From Shigella phage vB_SsoM_113: a DNA stretch of 64,000 nucleotides. The DNA lies in sequence record LR746311; one strand, written 5' to 3'. Each line of letters starts with the position of its first letter. Positions within the stretch are counted from its first letter, which is position 1. Shown here in pieces: positions 11,923 through 19,516 of the stretch. The notes under the pieces were generated by a model, which searched no databases, was not told where the DNA came from, and saw only the letters and a list, made by a program, of their open reading frames with translations. Both the position numbers and the translations under genes were made by a program.

Positions 11923-12171
11923 ATGATTAAACAATTACAACACGCTCTTGAACTGCAACGAAACGCATGGAATAATGGTCACGAAAACTATGGCGCATCT
12001 ATTGATGTTGAAGCCGAAGCTCTTGAAATCCTGCGTTATTTCAAACATCTGAATCCTGCTCAAACTGCATTAGCTGCTGAGCTTCAGGAAAAAGATGAAC
12101 TTAAGTATGCTAAGCCTCTGGCTTCTGCCGCACGAAAAGCAGTTCGTCACTTTGTGGTAACACTGAAGTAA
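11923..12171 (+). CDS. rIII: RIII lysis-inhibition accessory protein
   Basis: 82 aa; position after gene 31 and length match T4 rIII. Confidence 0.8.
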   Translation: MIKQLQHALELQRNAWNNGHENYGASIDVEAEALEILRYFKHLNPAQTALAAELQEKDELKYAKPLASAARKAVRHFVVTLK

Positions 12172-12567
12172 TTTATTGGAGATTCACTGCCTTAGTGTGA
12201 GCTAAAATCGAGGAGCCGTCGAACTGTCTGATTAATGATTTGCGAATCATTATAGTTTTAAGACCCCGGCAGTTTTACGGTGTACCTCTTGAATGTTATT
12301 CTTATAGCGGCAAGTGCATGCTACCCCGAGGTGATGGCCAATCGGGAGTACGCCTCAAGGCCTATATATCCATCAGTATATATCTTATCCTCGAGAAATC
12401 GAACCCGGAACCTTTAAGCTAACGGTGTGCAACAGATAAGAGTTATAAGTATGATGACGGGTTTATGGTTATCCTGTCGGTAAATACTCAAAACCTAAGT
12501 ACCCCCTTGAGGGCTTTCGCAGGCAATGCCAATAAGTCCTGCATTTTCATTTAAAAGAGAATTTATA
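12172..12567 (+). other. 396-bp non-coding, GC-enriched, hairpin-dense gap (candidate structured RNA or degraded insert)
   Basis: No ORF with an RBS; GC about 44% by hand count over 12181-12540; several hairpins (e.g. 12233-12252, 12216-12226/12270-12280, 12383-12389/12435-12441, 12456-12461/12473-12478). Confidence 0.4.
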
Positions 12568-12744
12568 ATGGCAAAACAAGCTAAAGCAAAGAAAGCAGTT
12601 GAAAAGAAAGTTGGTGATTCTAAACGCGCTGGTTACAAGCGTGGGTCGAACTCTCGTATCAATCAAACTGTTGAGAAGATCATGCGCCGAGCACGTGCGG
12701 TTCTTCGAGATGATGCTTCTCGTTTTGGTAAGCAGAAAGCATAA
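12568..12744 (+). CDS. small highly basic protein (30.9-like position)
   Basis: 58 aa from ATG 12568 (MAKQAKAKKAVEKK...); alternative in-frame ATG at 12526; followed by a strong terminator. Confidence 0.5.
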   Translation: MAKQAKAKKAVEKKVGDSKRAGYKRGSNSRINQTVEKIMRRARAVLRDDASRFGKQKA

Positions 12745-12749
12745 GTTGA

Positions 12750-12778
12750 GGACTCCTTCGGGAGTCCTTTTTTATTTT
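12750..12778 (+). terminator. rho-independent terminator
   Basis: GGACTCC-TTCG-GGAGTCC (12750-12767) followed by TTTTTTATTTT. Confidence 0.8.
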
Positions 12779-12797
12779 CCAAAGACTGCACAAAGTT

Positions 12798-12827
12798 GTT
12801 TACAGTATGGTTCCTTTGTGATAGTAT
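12798..12827 (+). promoter_or_regulatory. T4 early-type promoter with SD-sequestering hairpin
   Basis: GTTTAC 12798-12803, 18-nt spacer, TAGTAT 12822-12827; stem 12812-12819/12840-12847 overlaps AAGGAG 12843-12848. Confidence 0.45.
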
Positions 12828-12854
12828 TATCTTACACAAACAAAGGAGAATAAA

Positions 12855-13187
12855 ATGAAAACGATTAATCTGAACGCTGCAGTTAAAACTAAATGCTTCA
12901 ATGGTAAATATGATGAAACTATGTGGTTCTTAATGGCAGTTGAAGGTGATATTATTGAAGTAGAAACAACAGAAGGTATGGGAACAGATTTCACCTTTAC
13001 AATTCAAGTTCATAATTTCTTTACTGGTTGGATTTATGAATTGAATACAGTAATCGTTGGAAAAATTGAACAAAATGAATTGGGTGAATGGTATTATGTT
13101 ACAGCTCGCCAACGTGCCGAACGCTTAATTGAGAAGATGAAAAAAGTTGGTAAACTTGACATGCAGCACTGGAAAGTAGTAAAATAA
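12855..13187 (+). CDS. hypothetical protein
   Basis: 110-aa ORF; ATG 12855 after AAGGAG. Confidence 0.55.
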   Translation: MKTINLNAAVKTKCFNGKYDETMWFLMAVEGDIIEVETTEGMGTDFTFTIQVHNFFTGWIYELNTVIVGKIEQNELGEWYYVTARQRAERLIEKMKKVGKLDMQHWKVVK

Positions 13188-13189
13188 TT

Positions 13190-13229
13190 GTTTACTTTGG
13201 TACAGGATATGATATTATATACCTGTACC
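13190..13229 (+). promoter_or_regulatory. T4 early-type promoter with -10 inside a perfect 8-bp inverted repeat
   Basis: GTTTAC 13190-13195, 17-nt spacer, TATTAT 13213-13218; GGTACAGG 13199-13206 / CCTGTACC 13222-13229. Confidence 0.55.
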
Positions 13230-13254
13230 GCAATTAAACATCTTGGAGAATAAA

Positions 13255-13620
13255 ATGAACTACATCAACTTTGAACGTAAATATGTTTCTAACGGTATTG
13301 CAGGTTCTATTGATACTATCTGTCTTTGGAAACATCAAAATGGATCAGTATGCGAAATTGAACAGTATATGACTCCTAACTACGTTTATATGCGATTTGA
13401 AAATGGCATCACGGTTTCAATCACAATGGAAGGTTCCAACTTCAAAATCGCTTTGGATGATGATTTTCGTCAACGCGATTTAGGGACTCATCCTTGCTGG
13501 AATGGTGTTAATCGCAAGCTTCTGGTTAAAACTTGGATTCGTCATATTCTGAGTAACAGAGCTAAACCTGAGCATCTTGAAGCAATCTTTGATGTAGTTA
13601 TTAACGAATTTGATATTTAA
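13255..13620 (+). CDS. hypothetical protein
   Basis: ATG 13255 after GGAG; ORF track start 13243 is TTG. Confidence 0.55.
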   Translation: MNYINFERKYVSNGIAGSIDTICLWKHQNGSVCEIEQYMTPNYVYMRFENGITVSITMEGSNFKIALDDDFRQRDLGTHPCWNGVNRKLLVKTWIRHILSNRAKPEHLEAIFDVVINEFDI

Positions 13621-13630
13621 AATAAAATGA

Positions 13631-13644
13631 GGGGCTTCGGCCCC
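13631..13644 (+). other. stable tetraloop hairpin GGGGC-TTCG-GCCCC
   Basis: Between ORF stop 13620 and next SD; no U-tract. Confidence 0.45.
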
Positions 13645-13661
13645 TTACTGAGGAAAATACT

Positions 13662-13949
13662 ATGTTTATGACTACTTATTTTGACACCCGCAAAAATTTC
13701 TGTGAAGTGGTTTTCTCTAAGGCGCCTAAAGACCTTCCTGCTCATTTGCAACCTACCAGTGAATCAATTAAAAACTACGTTAATATAGTCTGCCCTTTGG
13801 AGTTCCGTATTGTAAATGGGTGCGATACTTTAGCTATCACTAAACTCAATCGTGAAATTGACATTGACCCTTCAATTGCGCGTGAAATTAATATTTCTGA
13901 TATTGGCGGCGGTAATGTTAAATCACATGGCTTTCAGATGAGATTTTAA
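13662..13949 (+). CDS. hypothetical protein
   Basis: 95-aa ORF; ATG after GAGGA. Confidence 0.5.
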   Translation: MFMTTYFDTRKNFCEVVFSKAPKDLPAHLQPTSESIKNYVNIVCPLEFRIVNGCDTLAITKLNREIDIDPSIAREINISDIGGGNVKSHGFQMRF

Positions 13950-13953
13950 TAAA

Positions 13954-14169
13954 ATGTTTAAGAAATTAATCCAGAAATTACTGGGCACGGAAATGGTTGA
14001 AGTTACTTATCGTGTGACTGATGTCTCTCCGCTCACTGAAGACCATTTAGAGCCATATATTATGACAATTAAAATGCTTAAATATGATGGCGGATTATCT
14101 GTTGAAGACCGTTTACCAAGTTATGGTCATTGGGCTGATATTGAAATTATAAGTATTGAAAATGTCTGA
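13954..14169 (+). CDS. hypothetical protein
   Basis: 71-aa ORF. Confidence 0.5.
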   Translation: MFKKLIQKLLGTEMVEVTYRVTDVSPLTEDHLEPYIMTIKMLKYDGGLSVEDRLPSYGHWADIEIISIENV

Positions 14170-14620
14170 GCTAGAGATAAGAAGCAATTTTAAATGGCCA
14201 TCATGCGCATTAAGTAATTTTGCCCAATGGCCTTTCGTTATGGATGGTATTCAATTTGGAGGTCTAGAAGGATTCCTCCAAGGGTGTAAGGTGAAAAATG
14301 TTGAACAACAACGTCGTATATTTGGGTTATCCGGGCTTGCCGCCCAACAGGCTGGAAGGTCTTATGCTAGAGCTCAGGACCGTGGCACGTTGTTCTGGCT
14401 TGGAGTTCCGTTTTCAAGATACTCCCCGGCGTGGAAAGAATTATACACAAATGCATATTTTGAAGCAGCGTTCCAAAACAAGGGCTTTCGCGATGCATTA
14501 CAAGCCTCGAAAGGAAAAGTTTTGAAGCACAGCATGGCTAGTGGTCTAACAAAAGATGATACAATACTAACCGAAGCTGAATTTATTGATGTGTTAAACC
14601 TATTAAGAGACTCTCTATGA
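14162..14620 (+). CDS. NADAR/YbiA-like (DUF1768) protein, putative ADP-ribose processing enzyme (30.3-like)
   Basis: ATG 14162 (track start 14156 is TTG); motif LSNFAQWPFVMDGIQF resembles E. coli YbiA FSNFAAWPIKVDG. Confidence 0.6.
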   Translation: MSELEIRSNFKWPSCALSNFAQWPFVMDGIQFGGLEGFLQGCKVKNVEQQRRIFGLSGLAAQQAGRSYARAQDRGTLFWLGVPFSRYSPAWKELYTNAYFEAAFQNKGFRDALQASKGKVLKHSMASGLTKDDTILTEAEFIDVLNLLRDSL

Positions 14621-15456
14621 AGCCTACTATTTTAACTGATATTGATGGAGTGTGTTTAAGCTGGCAATCAGGTCTTCCTTATTTTGCTCAGAAATATAAT
14701 CTTCCGTTAGAACATATTTTAAAAATGATCCAAGATGAGAAATTTATTTCTCCAGGTAAACTCTTTAATTGTGATGAAGAACTTGGTGTCAAGCTAATTG
14801 AAAAATACAATCGATCAGATTTTATTCGTTACTTGTCTCCATATAAAGATGCCTTGTGCGTAATTAACAAACTAAAAGAAGATTATAATTTTGTAGCTGT
14901 TACAGCGCTGGGTGATTCTATTGACGCTCTGTTGAATCGTCAATTTAATTTGAATGCTCTTTTTCCTGGTGCCTTCTCAGAAGTAATGATGTGTGGTCAT
15001 GATTCTTCAAAAGAAGAGTTGTTCAAAAAGGCAAAAGAGAAATATAACGTAATTTGTTATATTGACGATCTTGCTCACCACTGCGACCACGCGAGTGAAA
15101 TATTAAATGTTCCGGTTTATTGGATGGCTCGAGGAGAGCGTGACAATATTCCAAAAACTGCGCAGCGAGTTTATACATGGAATGATGTAGAAAATAAGTT
15201 TTTTTCGCCGAAGGAAAATAAAGAAAGTTTTGATAGTGAAAAAGCTATAAAAGATTTAATTGAGAAGATGGTTAAAAACGATTCTTTTCCTTGGAACACT
15301 ACCTGGAAAACGCCTGGATTTAATCCTTATAATCATCTATATCATCCATATCAGACACATCCGTTTCAGACATGGAACTACATTAAACCTGGTGGCATAG
15401 AGTATTTGTATAATAGACCTACTAGCGGTGATAATATTTTCCAAGGAGCATTCTAA
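14617..15456 (+). CDS. HAD-superfamily phosphatase/nucleotidase-like protein (30.2-like)
   Basis: 279 aa; N-terminal LTDIDGV (DxDG HAD motif I). Confidence 0.6.
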   Translation: MKPTILTDIDGVCLSWQSGLPYFAQKYNLPLEHILKMIQDEKFISPGKLFNCDEELGVKLIEKYNRSDFIRYLSPYKDALCVINKLKEDYNFVAVTALGDSIDALLNRQFNLNALFPGAFSEVMMCGHDSSKEELFKKAKEKYNVICYIDDLAHHCDHASEILNVPVYWMARGERDNIPKTAQRVYTWNDVENKFFSPKENKESFDSEKAIKDLIEKMVKNDSFPWNTTWKTPGFNPYNHLYHPYQTHPFQTWNYIKPGGIEYLYNRPTSGDNIFQGAF

Positions 15457-15725
15457 TGTTTGTTGTTCACACTATTTATGAAAATGAAGGTAATACTACA
15501 CGTGATTACGGTCACGTAAATCAATTTTTTAGATGTAATCCAGAATTCCGAGCTCAAAAAGACGAACGAATTTTTAAAAAATGTGTAGAGCAAGGTTTCA
15601 TTTACGTTAAGCACTGGATGCAAGGAAATAAAGTTAGAACTACATATCATAGGTCTTTGCCTGAGCTTAATGATGAATTGATTTATAATAGAGCTGTAAA
15701 CCAAACCTTGAAGGATGAGCAATGA
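15456..15725 (+). CDS. hypothetical protein (30.1-like)
   Basis: 89-aa ORF. Confidence 0.5.
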   Translation: MFVVHTIYENEGNTTRDYGHVNQFFRCNPEFRAQKDERIFKKCVEQGFIYVKHWMQGNKVRTTYHRSLPELNDELIYNRAVNQTLKDEQ

Positions 15726-17182
15726 TTCTTAAAATTCTGAATGAAATAGCATCTATTGGATCAACTAAGCAGAAGCAAGCAATTCTTGAAAAGAATAAAG
15801 ATAATGAATTGCTTAAACGAGTATATCGTCTGACTTATTCTCGTGGGTTACAGTATTATATCAAGAAATGGCCTAAACCTGGTATTGCTACCCAGAGTTT
15901 TGGAATGCTGACTATTACCGATATGCTTGACTTCATTGAATTCACGTTAGCTACTCGGAAATTGACTGGAAATGCTGCAATTGAGGAATTAACTGGATAT
16001 ATCACTGATGGTAAAAAGGATGATGTTGAAGTTTTGCGTCGAGTGATGATGCGAGATCTTGAATGCGGTGCTTCAGTATCTATTGCAAATAAAGTTTGGC
16101 CAGGTTTAATTCCTGAACAACCTCAAATGTTGGCAAGTTCTTATGATGAAAAAGGCATTAGTAAGAATATCAAATTTCCAGCCTTTGCACAGTTAAAAGC
16201 AGATGGAGCTCGGTGTTTTGCTGAAGTCCGAGGCGATGAATTAGATGATGTTCGTCTTTTATCACGAGCTGGTAATGAATATCTAGGATTAGATCTTCTT
16301 AAGGAAGAGTTAATCAAAATGACCGCTGAAGCTCGCCAGATTCATCCAGAAGGCGTGTTAATTGATGGCGAATTGGTATACCATGAGCAAGTTGAAAAAG
16401 AGCCAGAAGGCCTAGATTTTCTTTTTGATGCTCCTGAAATCAGTAAAGCTAAAGAGTTTTCCGAAGTAGCTGAATCACGTACTGCTTCTAATGGAATTGC
16501 CAATAAATCTTTAAAGGGAACTATTTCAGAAAAAGAAGCTCAATGTATGAAGTTTCAGGTCTGGGATTATGTCCCGTTAGTAGAAATATACGGTCTTCCA
16601 GCATTTCGTTTGAAGTATGATGTACGTTTTTCTAAACTAGAACAAATGACATCAGGATATGATAAAGTAATTTTAATTGAAAACCAGATAGTAAATAACC
16701 TAGATGAAGCTAAGGTAATTTATAAAAAGTATATTGACCAAGGTCTTGAAGGTATTATTCTCAAAAATATCGATGGATTATGGGAAAATTCTCGTTCAAA
16801 AAATCTCTATAAATTTAAAGAAGTAATTGATGTTGATTTAAAAATTGTAGGAATTTATCCTCACCGTAAAGACCCTACTAAAGCAGGTGGATTTATTCTT
16901 GAATCAGAGTGTGGAAAAATTAAAGTAAATGCTGGGTCAGGCTTAAAAGATAAAGCCGGTGTAAAATCGCATGAACTTGACCGTACTCGCATTATGGAAA
17001 ACCAAAATTATTATATTGGAAAAATTCTAGAGTGCGAATGCAATGGTTGGTTAAAATCTGATGGCCGCACTGATTACGTTAAATTATTTCTTCCGATTGC
17101 GATTCGTTTACGTGAAGATAAAACTAAAGCTAATACATTCGAGGATGTATTTGGTGATTTTCATGAGGTAACTGGTCTATGA
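15722..17182 (+). CDS. 30: ATP-dependent DNA ligase
   Basis: 486 aa; KADGAR adenylylation motif; recognised as T4 DNA ligase. Confidence 0.96.
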   Translation: MILKILNEIASIGSTKQKQAILEKNKDNELLKRVYRLTYSRGLQYYIKKWPKPGIATQSFGMLTITDMLDFIEFTLATRKLTGNAAIEELTGYITDGKKDDVEVLRRVMMRDLECGASVSIANKVWPGLIPEQPQMLASSYDEKGISKNIKFPAFAQLKADGARCFAEVRGDELDDVRLLSRAGNEYLGLDLLKEELIKMTAEARQIHPEGVLIDGELVYHEQVEKEPEGLDFLFDAPEISKAKEFSEVAESRTASNGIANKSLKGTISEKEAQCMKFQVWDYVPLVEIYGLPAFRLKYDVRFSKLEQMTSGYDKVILIENQIVNNLDEAKVIYKKYIDQGLEGIILKNIDGLWENSRSKNLYKFKEVIDVDLKIVGIYPHRKDPTKAGGFILESECGKIKVNAGSGLKDKAGVKSHELDRTRIMENQNYYIGKILECECNGWLKSDGRTDYVKLFLPIAIRLREDKTKANTFEDVFGDFHEVTGL

Positions 17183-17367
17183 AAGCTTACTTAGAAACAA
17201 TTGTCGTGGCTCAAAAAGAAGGTGGAGATGTTTCTACTTCTGTATCACAAATTATGATTGAATTTATAGATGCATATGCTTATAATAAATTCACAGAAAC
17301 ATTTGATACCTATGAAAAAGGTCCAAAGTTTGAAATATATCGTACTCTCTTACCAATAGATTATTAA
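17179..17367 (+). CDS. hypothetical small protein
   Basis: 62-aa ORF overlapping ligase stop; followed by hairpin and late promoter. Confidence 0.45.
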   Translation: MKAYLETIVVAQKEGGDVSTSVSQIMIEFIDAYAYNKFTETFDTYEKGPKFEIYRTLLPIDY

Positions 17368-17383
17368 AGGCCTTCGGGCCTTT
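17366..17383 (+). terminator. hairpin AAAGGCC-TTCG-GGCCTTT with U-rich tail
   Basis: Follows 62-aa ORF stop; AATTTTA downstream. Confidence 0.5.
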
Positions 17384-17388
17384 AATTT

Positions 17389-17396
17389 TATAAATA
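17389..17396 (+). promoter_or_regulatory. late promoter TATAAATA upstream of alt
   Basis: Exact TATAAATA 24 nt upstream of alt ATG. Confidence 0.6.
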
Positions 17397-17419
17397 GAAT
17401 AAACACTAGAGAGGATATG

Positions 17420-19513
17420 ATGGAACTCATTACAGAATTATTTGACGAAGATACTACTCTTCCGATTACAAACTTAAATCCAAAGAAGAAAATACCGCAA
17501 ATTTTTTCAGTTCATGTTGATGACGCAATTGAACAACCAGGTTTTCGTTTATGTACCTATACATCTGGAGGTGATACTAATCGCGATTTAAAAATGGGCG
17601 ATAAAATGATGCATATTGTTCCTTTTACATTAACTGCTAAAGGTTCAATTGCTAAATTAAAAGGTCTCGGTCCAAGCCCAATTAATTACATCAATTCAGT
17701 TTTTACTGTTGCGATGCAGACGATGCGTCAGTATAAAATTGATGCATGTATGCTCCGTATTCTTAAGTCTAAAACTGCTGGTCAAGCTCGTCAAATTCAA
17801 CTTATTGCTGATAGACTTATCCGTAGTCGTTCAGGTGGCAGATACGTCCTTCTTAAGGAACTCTGGGATTATGATAAAAAGTATGCATATATTCTTATAC
17901 ATCGCAAAAATGTATCATTAGAAGACATTCCAGGAGTTCCAGAAATTAGTACCGAGCTCTTTACTAAAGTTGAATCGAAGGTCGGTGATGTTTATATCAA
18001 TAAAGATACTGGAGCTCAAGTAACTAAAAATGAGGCAATTGCTGCATCTATTGCGCAAGAAAATGATAAACGTTCTGACCAAGCGGTAATCGTTAAAGTT
18101 AAAATTTCCCGTAGAGCAATTGCACAAAGTCAGTCATTGGAATCTTCTAGATTTGAAAGTGAATTATTCCAGAAGTATGAATCTACCGCAGCTAATTTCA
18201 ATAAACCTGCTACAGCTCCTTTAATTCCCGAAGCAGAAGAAATGAAGCTTGGAATTAATTCATTAGCTTCTAAAACTAAGGCAGCAAAAATTATTGCTGA
18301 AGGAACTGCAGATGAACTTCATTATGACTATAAATTCTTTTCAAAAAGTGAGGTTAATGAAGTTTCTGAAAAAATTAAAGATGTAATTCTTAATGCGATT
18401 AAAAATGAACCAACTACTTCAATAAAATGTTTAGAGAAATACGCAGCAGCTGTTAATCAATTATTTGAAGAATATAAAGATAACTGGCTTGATAAACATA
18501 ATAAAACTCGTAAAGGACAAACAGATGAAGTCTGGGAAGAAATAACTAAAAATTCCTGGAACGCAGCAAAAACTAAATTCCTCAAACGAATGATTTATAG
18601 CTTTTCCGGAATTGGTGCAGGTCCAATGATTGATATTACTATTGCCCGTGATGGTTCTAAATATACTCCATCACAAAAGCGCGGCATTAGAGAGTATTGT
18701 GGTTCAGGATATACTGACATCAATAATCTTCTTTTGGGTCGTTACAATCCAGAACGATATGATGTAATGAGTGAAAAAGAAATTGAATCTGCTATAAATA
18801 ACTTAGATTCAGCTTTTGAAAACGGTGACCGTATACCAGAAGGCATTACAGTTTATCGTGCTCAAAGCATGACTGCTCCTATATACGAAGCATTAGTTAA
18901 AAATAAAGTATTCTATTTCAGAAATTTTGTATCTACTTCTTTAACTCCTATCATTTTTGGACGTTTTGGAATTACACATGCTGGTATTGGTCTTTTAGAA
19001 CCAGAAGCTCGTAATGAATTGACAGTTGATAAAAATGAAGAAGGAATAACTATTAATCCAAACGAAATAAGAGCATATAAAGAAAATCCTGAATACGTTA
19101 AAGTTCAAATAGGATGGGCAATTGATGGAGCTCATAAAGTTAATGTTGTATATCCAGGAAGTCTCGGAATAGCAACAGAAGCTGAAGTTATTCTACCACG
19201 CGGATTGATGGTCAAAGTTAATAAAATAACTGATGCTTCTAATAATGACGGAACAACATCTAATAATACAAAACTCATTCAAGCTGAAGTTATGACTACG
19301 GAAGAACTCACCGAATCAGTAATTTATGACGGTGATCGTCTAATGGAAACTGGTGAAGTAGTTGCAATGACAGGTGATATTGAAATAGAAGACAGAGTTG
19401 ATTTTGCATCATTTGTTTCATCAAATGTTAAACAAAAAGTAGAATCATCTCTTGGAATTATTGCGTCTTGCATAGATATTGCAAACATGCCTTACAAGTT
19501 CGTTCAAGGATAA
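17420..19513 (+). CDS. alt: Alt-family ADP-ribosyltransferase (positional alt)
   Basis: 697 aa from ATG 17420 (MELITELF...); C-terminal R/S/E ART elements (YRAQ ... FVSTSL ... EAEVILPRG). Confidence 0.88.
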   Translation: MELITELFDEDTTLPITNLNPKKKIPQIFSVHVDDAIEQPGFRLCTYTSGGDTNRDLKMGDKMMHIVPFTLTAKGSIAKLKGLGPSPINYINSVFTVAMQTMRQYKIDACMLRILKSKTAGQARQIQLIADRLIRSRSGGRYVLLKELWDYDKKYAYILIHRKNVSLEDIPGVPEISTELFTKVESKVGDVYINKDTGAQVTKNEAIAASIAQENDKRSDQAVIVKVKISRRAIAQSQSLESSRFESELFQKYESTAANFNKPATAPLIPEAEEMKLGINSLASKTKAAKIIAEGTADELHYDYKFFSKSEVNEVSEKIKDVILNAIKNEPTTSIKCLEKYAAAVNQLFEEYKDNWLDKHNKTRKGQTDEVWEEITKNSWNAAKTKFLKRMIYSFSGIGAGPMIDITIARDGSKYTPSQKRGIREYCGSGYTDINNLLLGRYNPERYDVMSEKEIESAINNLDSAFENGDRIPEGITVYRAQSMTAPIYEALVKNKVFYFRNFVSTSLTPIIFGRFGITHAGIGLLEPEARNELTVDKNEEGITINPNEIRAYKENPEYVKVQIGWAIDGAHKVNVVYPGSLGIATEAEVILPRGLMVKVNKITDASNNDGTTSNNTKLIQAEVMTTEELTESVIYDGDRLMETGEVVAMTGDIEIEDRVDFASFVSSNVKQKVESSLGIIASCIDIANMPYKFVQG

Positions 19514-19516
19514 ATC

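Noticed and set aside
12240-12422. 60-aa ORF inside the non-coding gap after rIII
   Set aside because: No Shine-Dalgarno, low-complexity product (MRIIIVLRPRQF...), and it lies across predicted hairpins; treated as chance ORF in a structured region.
12383-12441. Possible tRNA: 7-bp acceptor-like stem and a GGTTCGAT T-loop-like motif on the - strand
   Set aside because: Enclosed span is about 45 nt, too short for D, anticodon and T arms, and no consistent cloverleaf could be drawn on either strand. tRNAscan-SE would settle it.
14298-14525. 75-aa ORF nested out of frame inside the NADAR-like gene
   Set aside because: No RBS or promoter of its own and an Arg/Pro-rich product typical of an alternative frame; I recall T4 annotation naming a similar ORF (30.3'), but the sequence alone gives no support.
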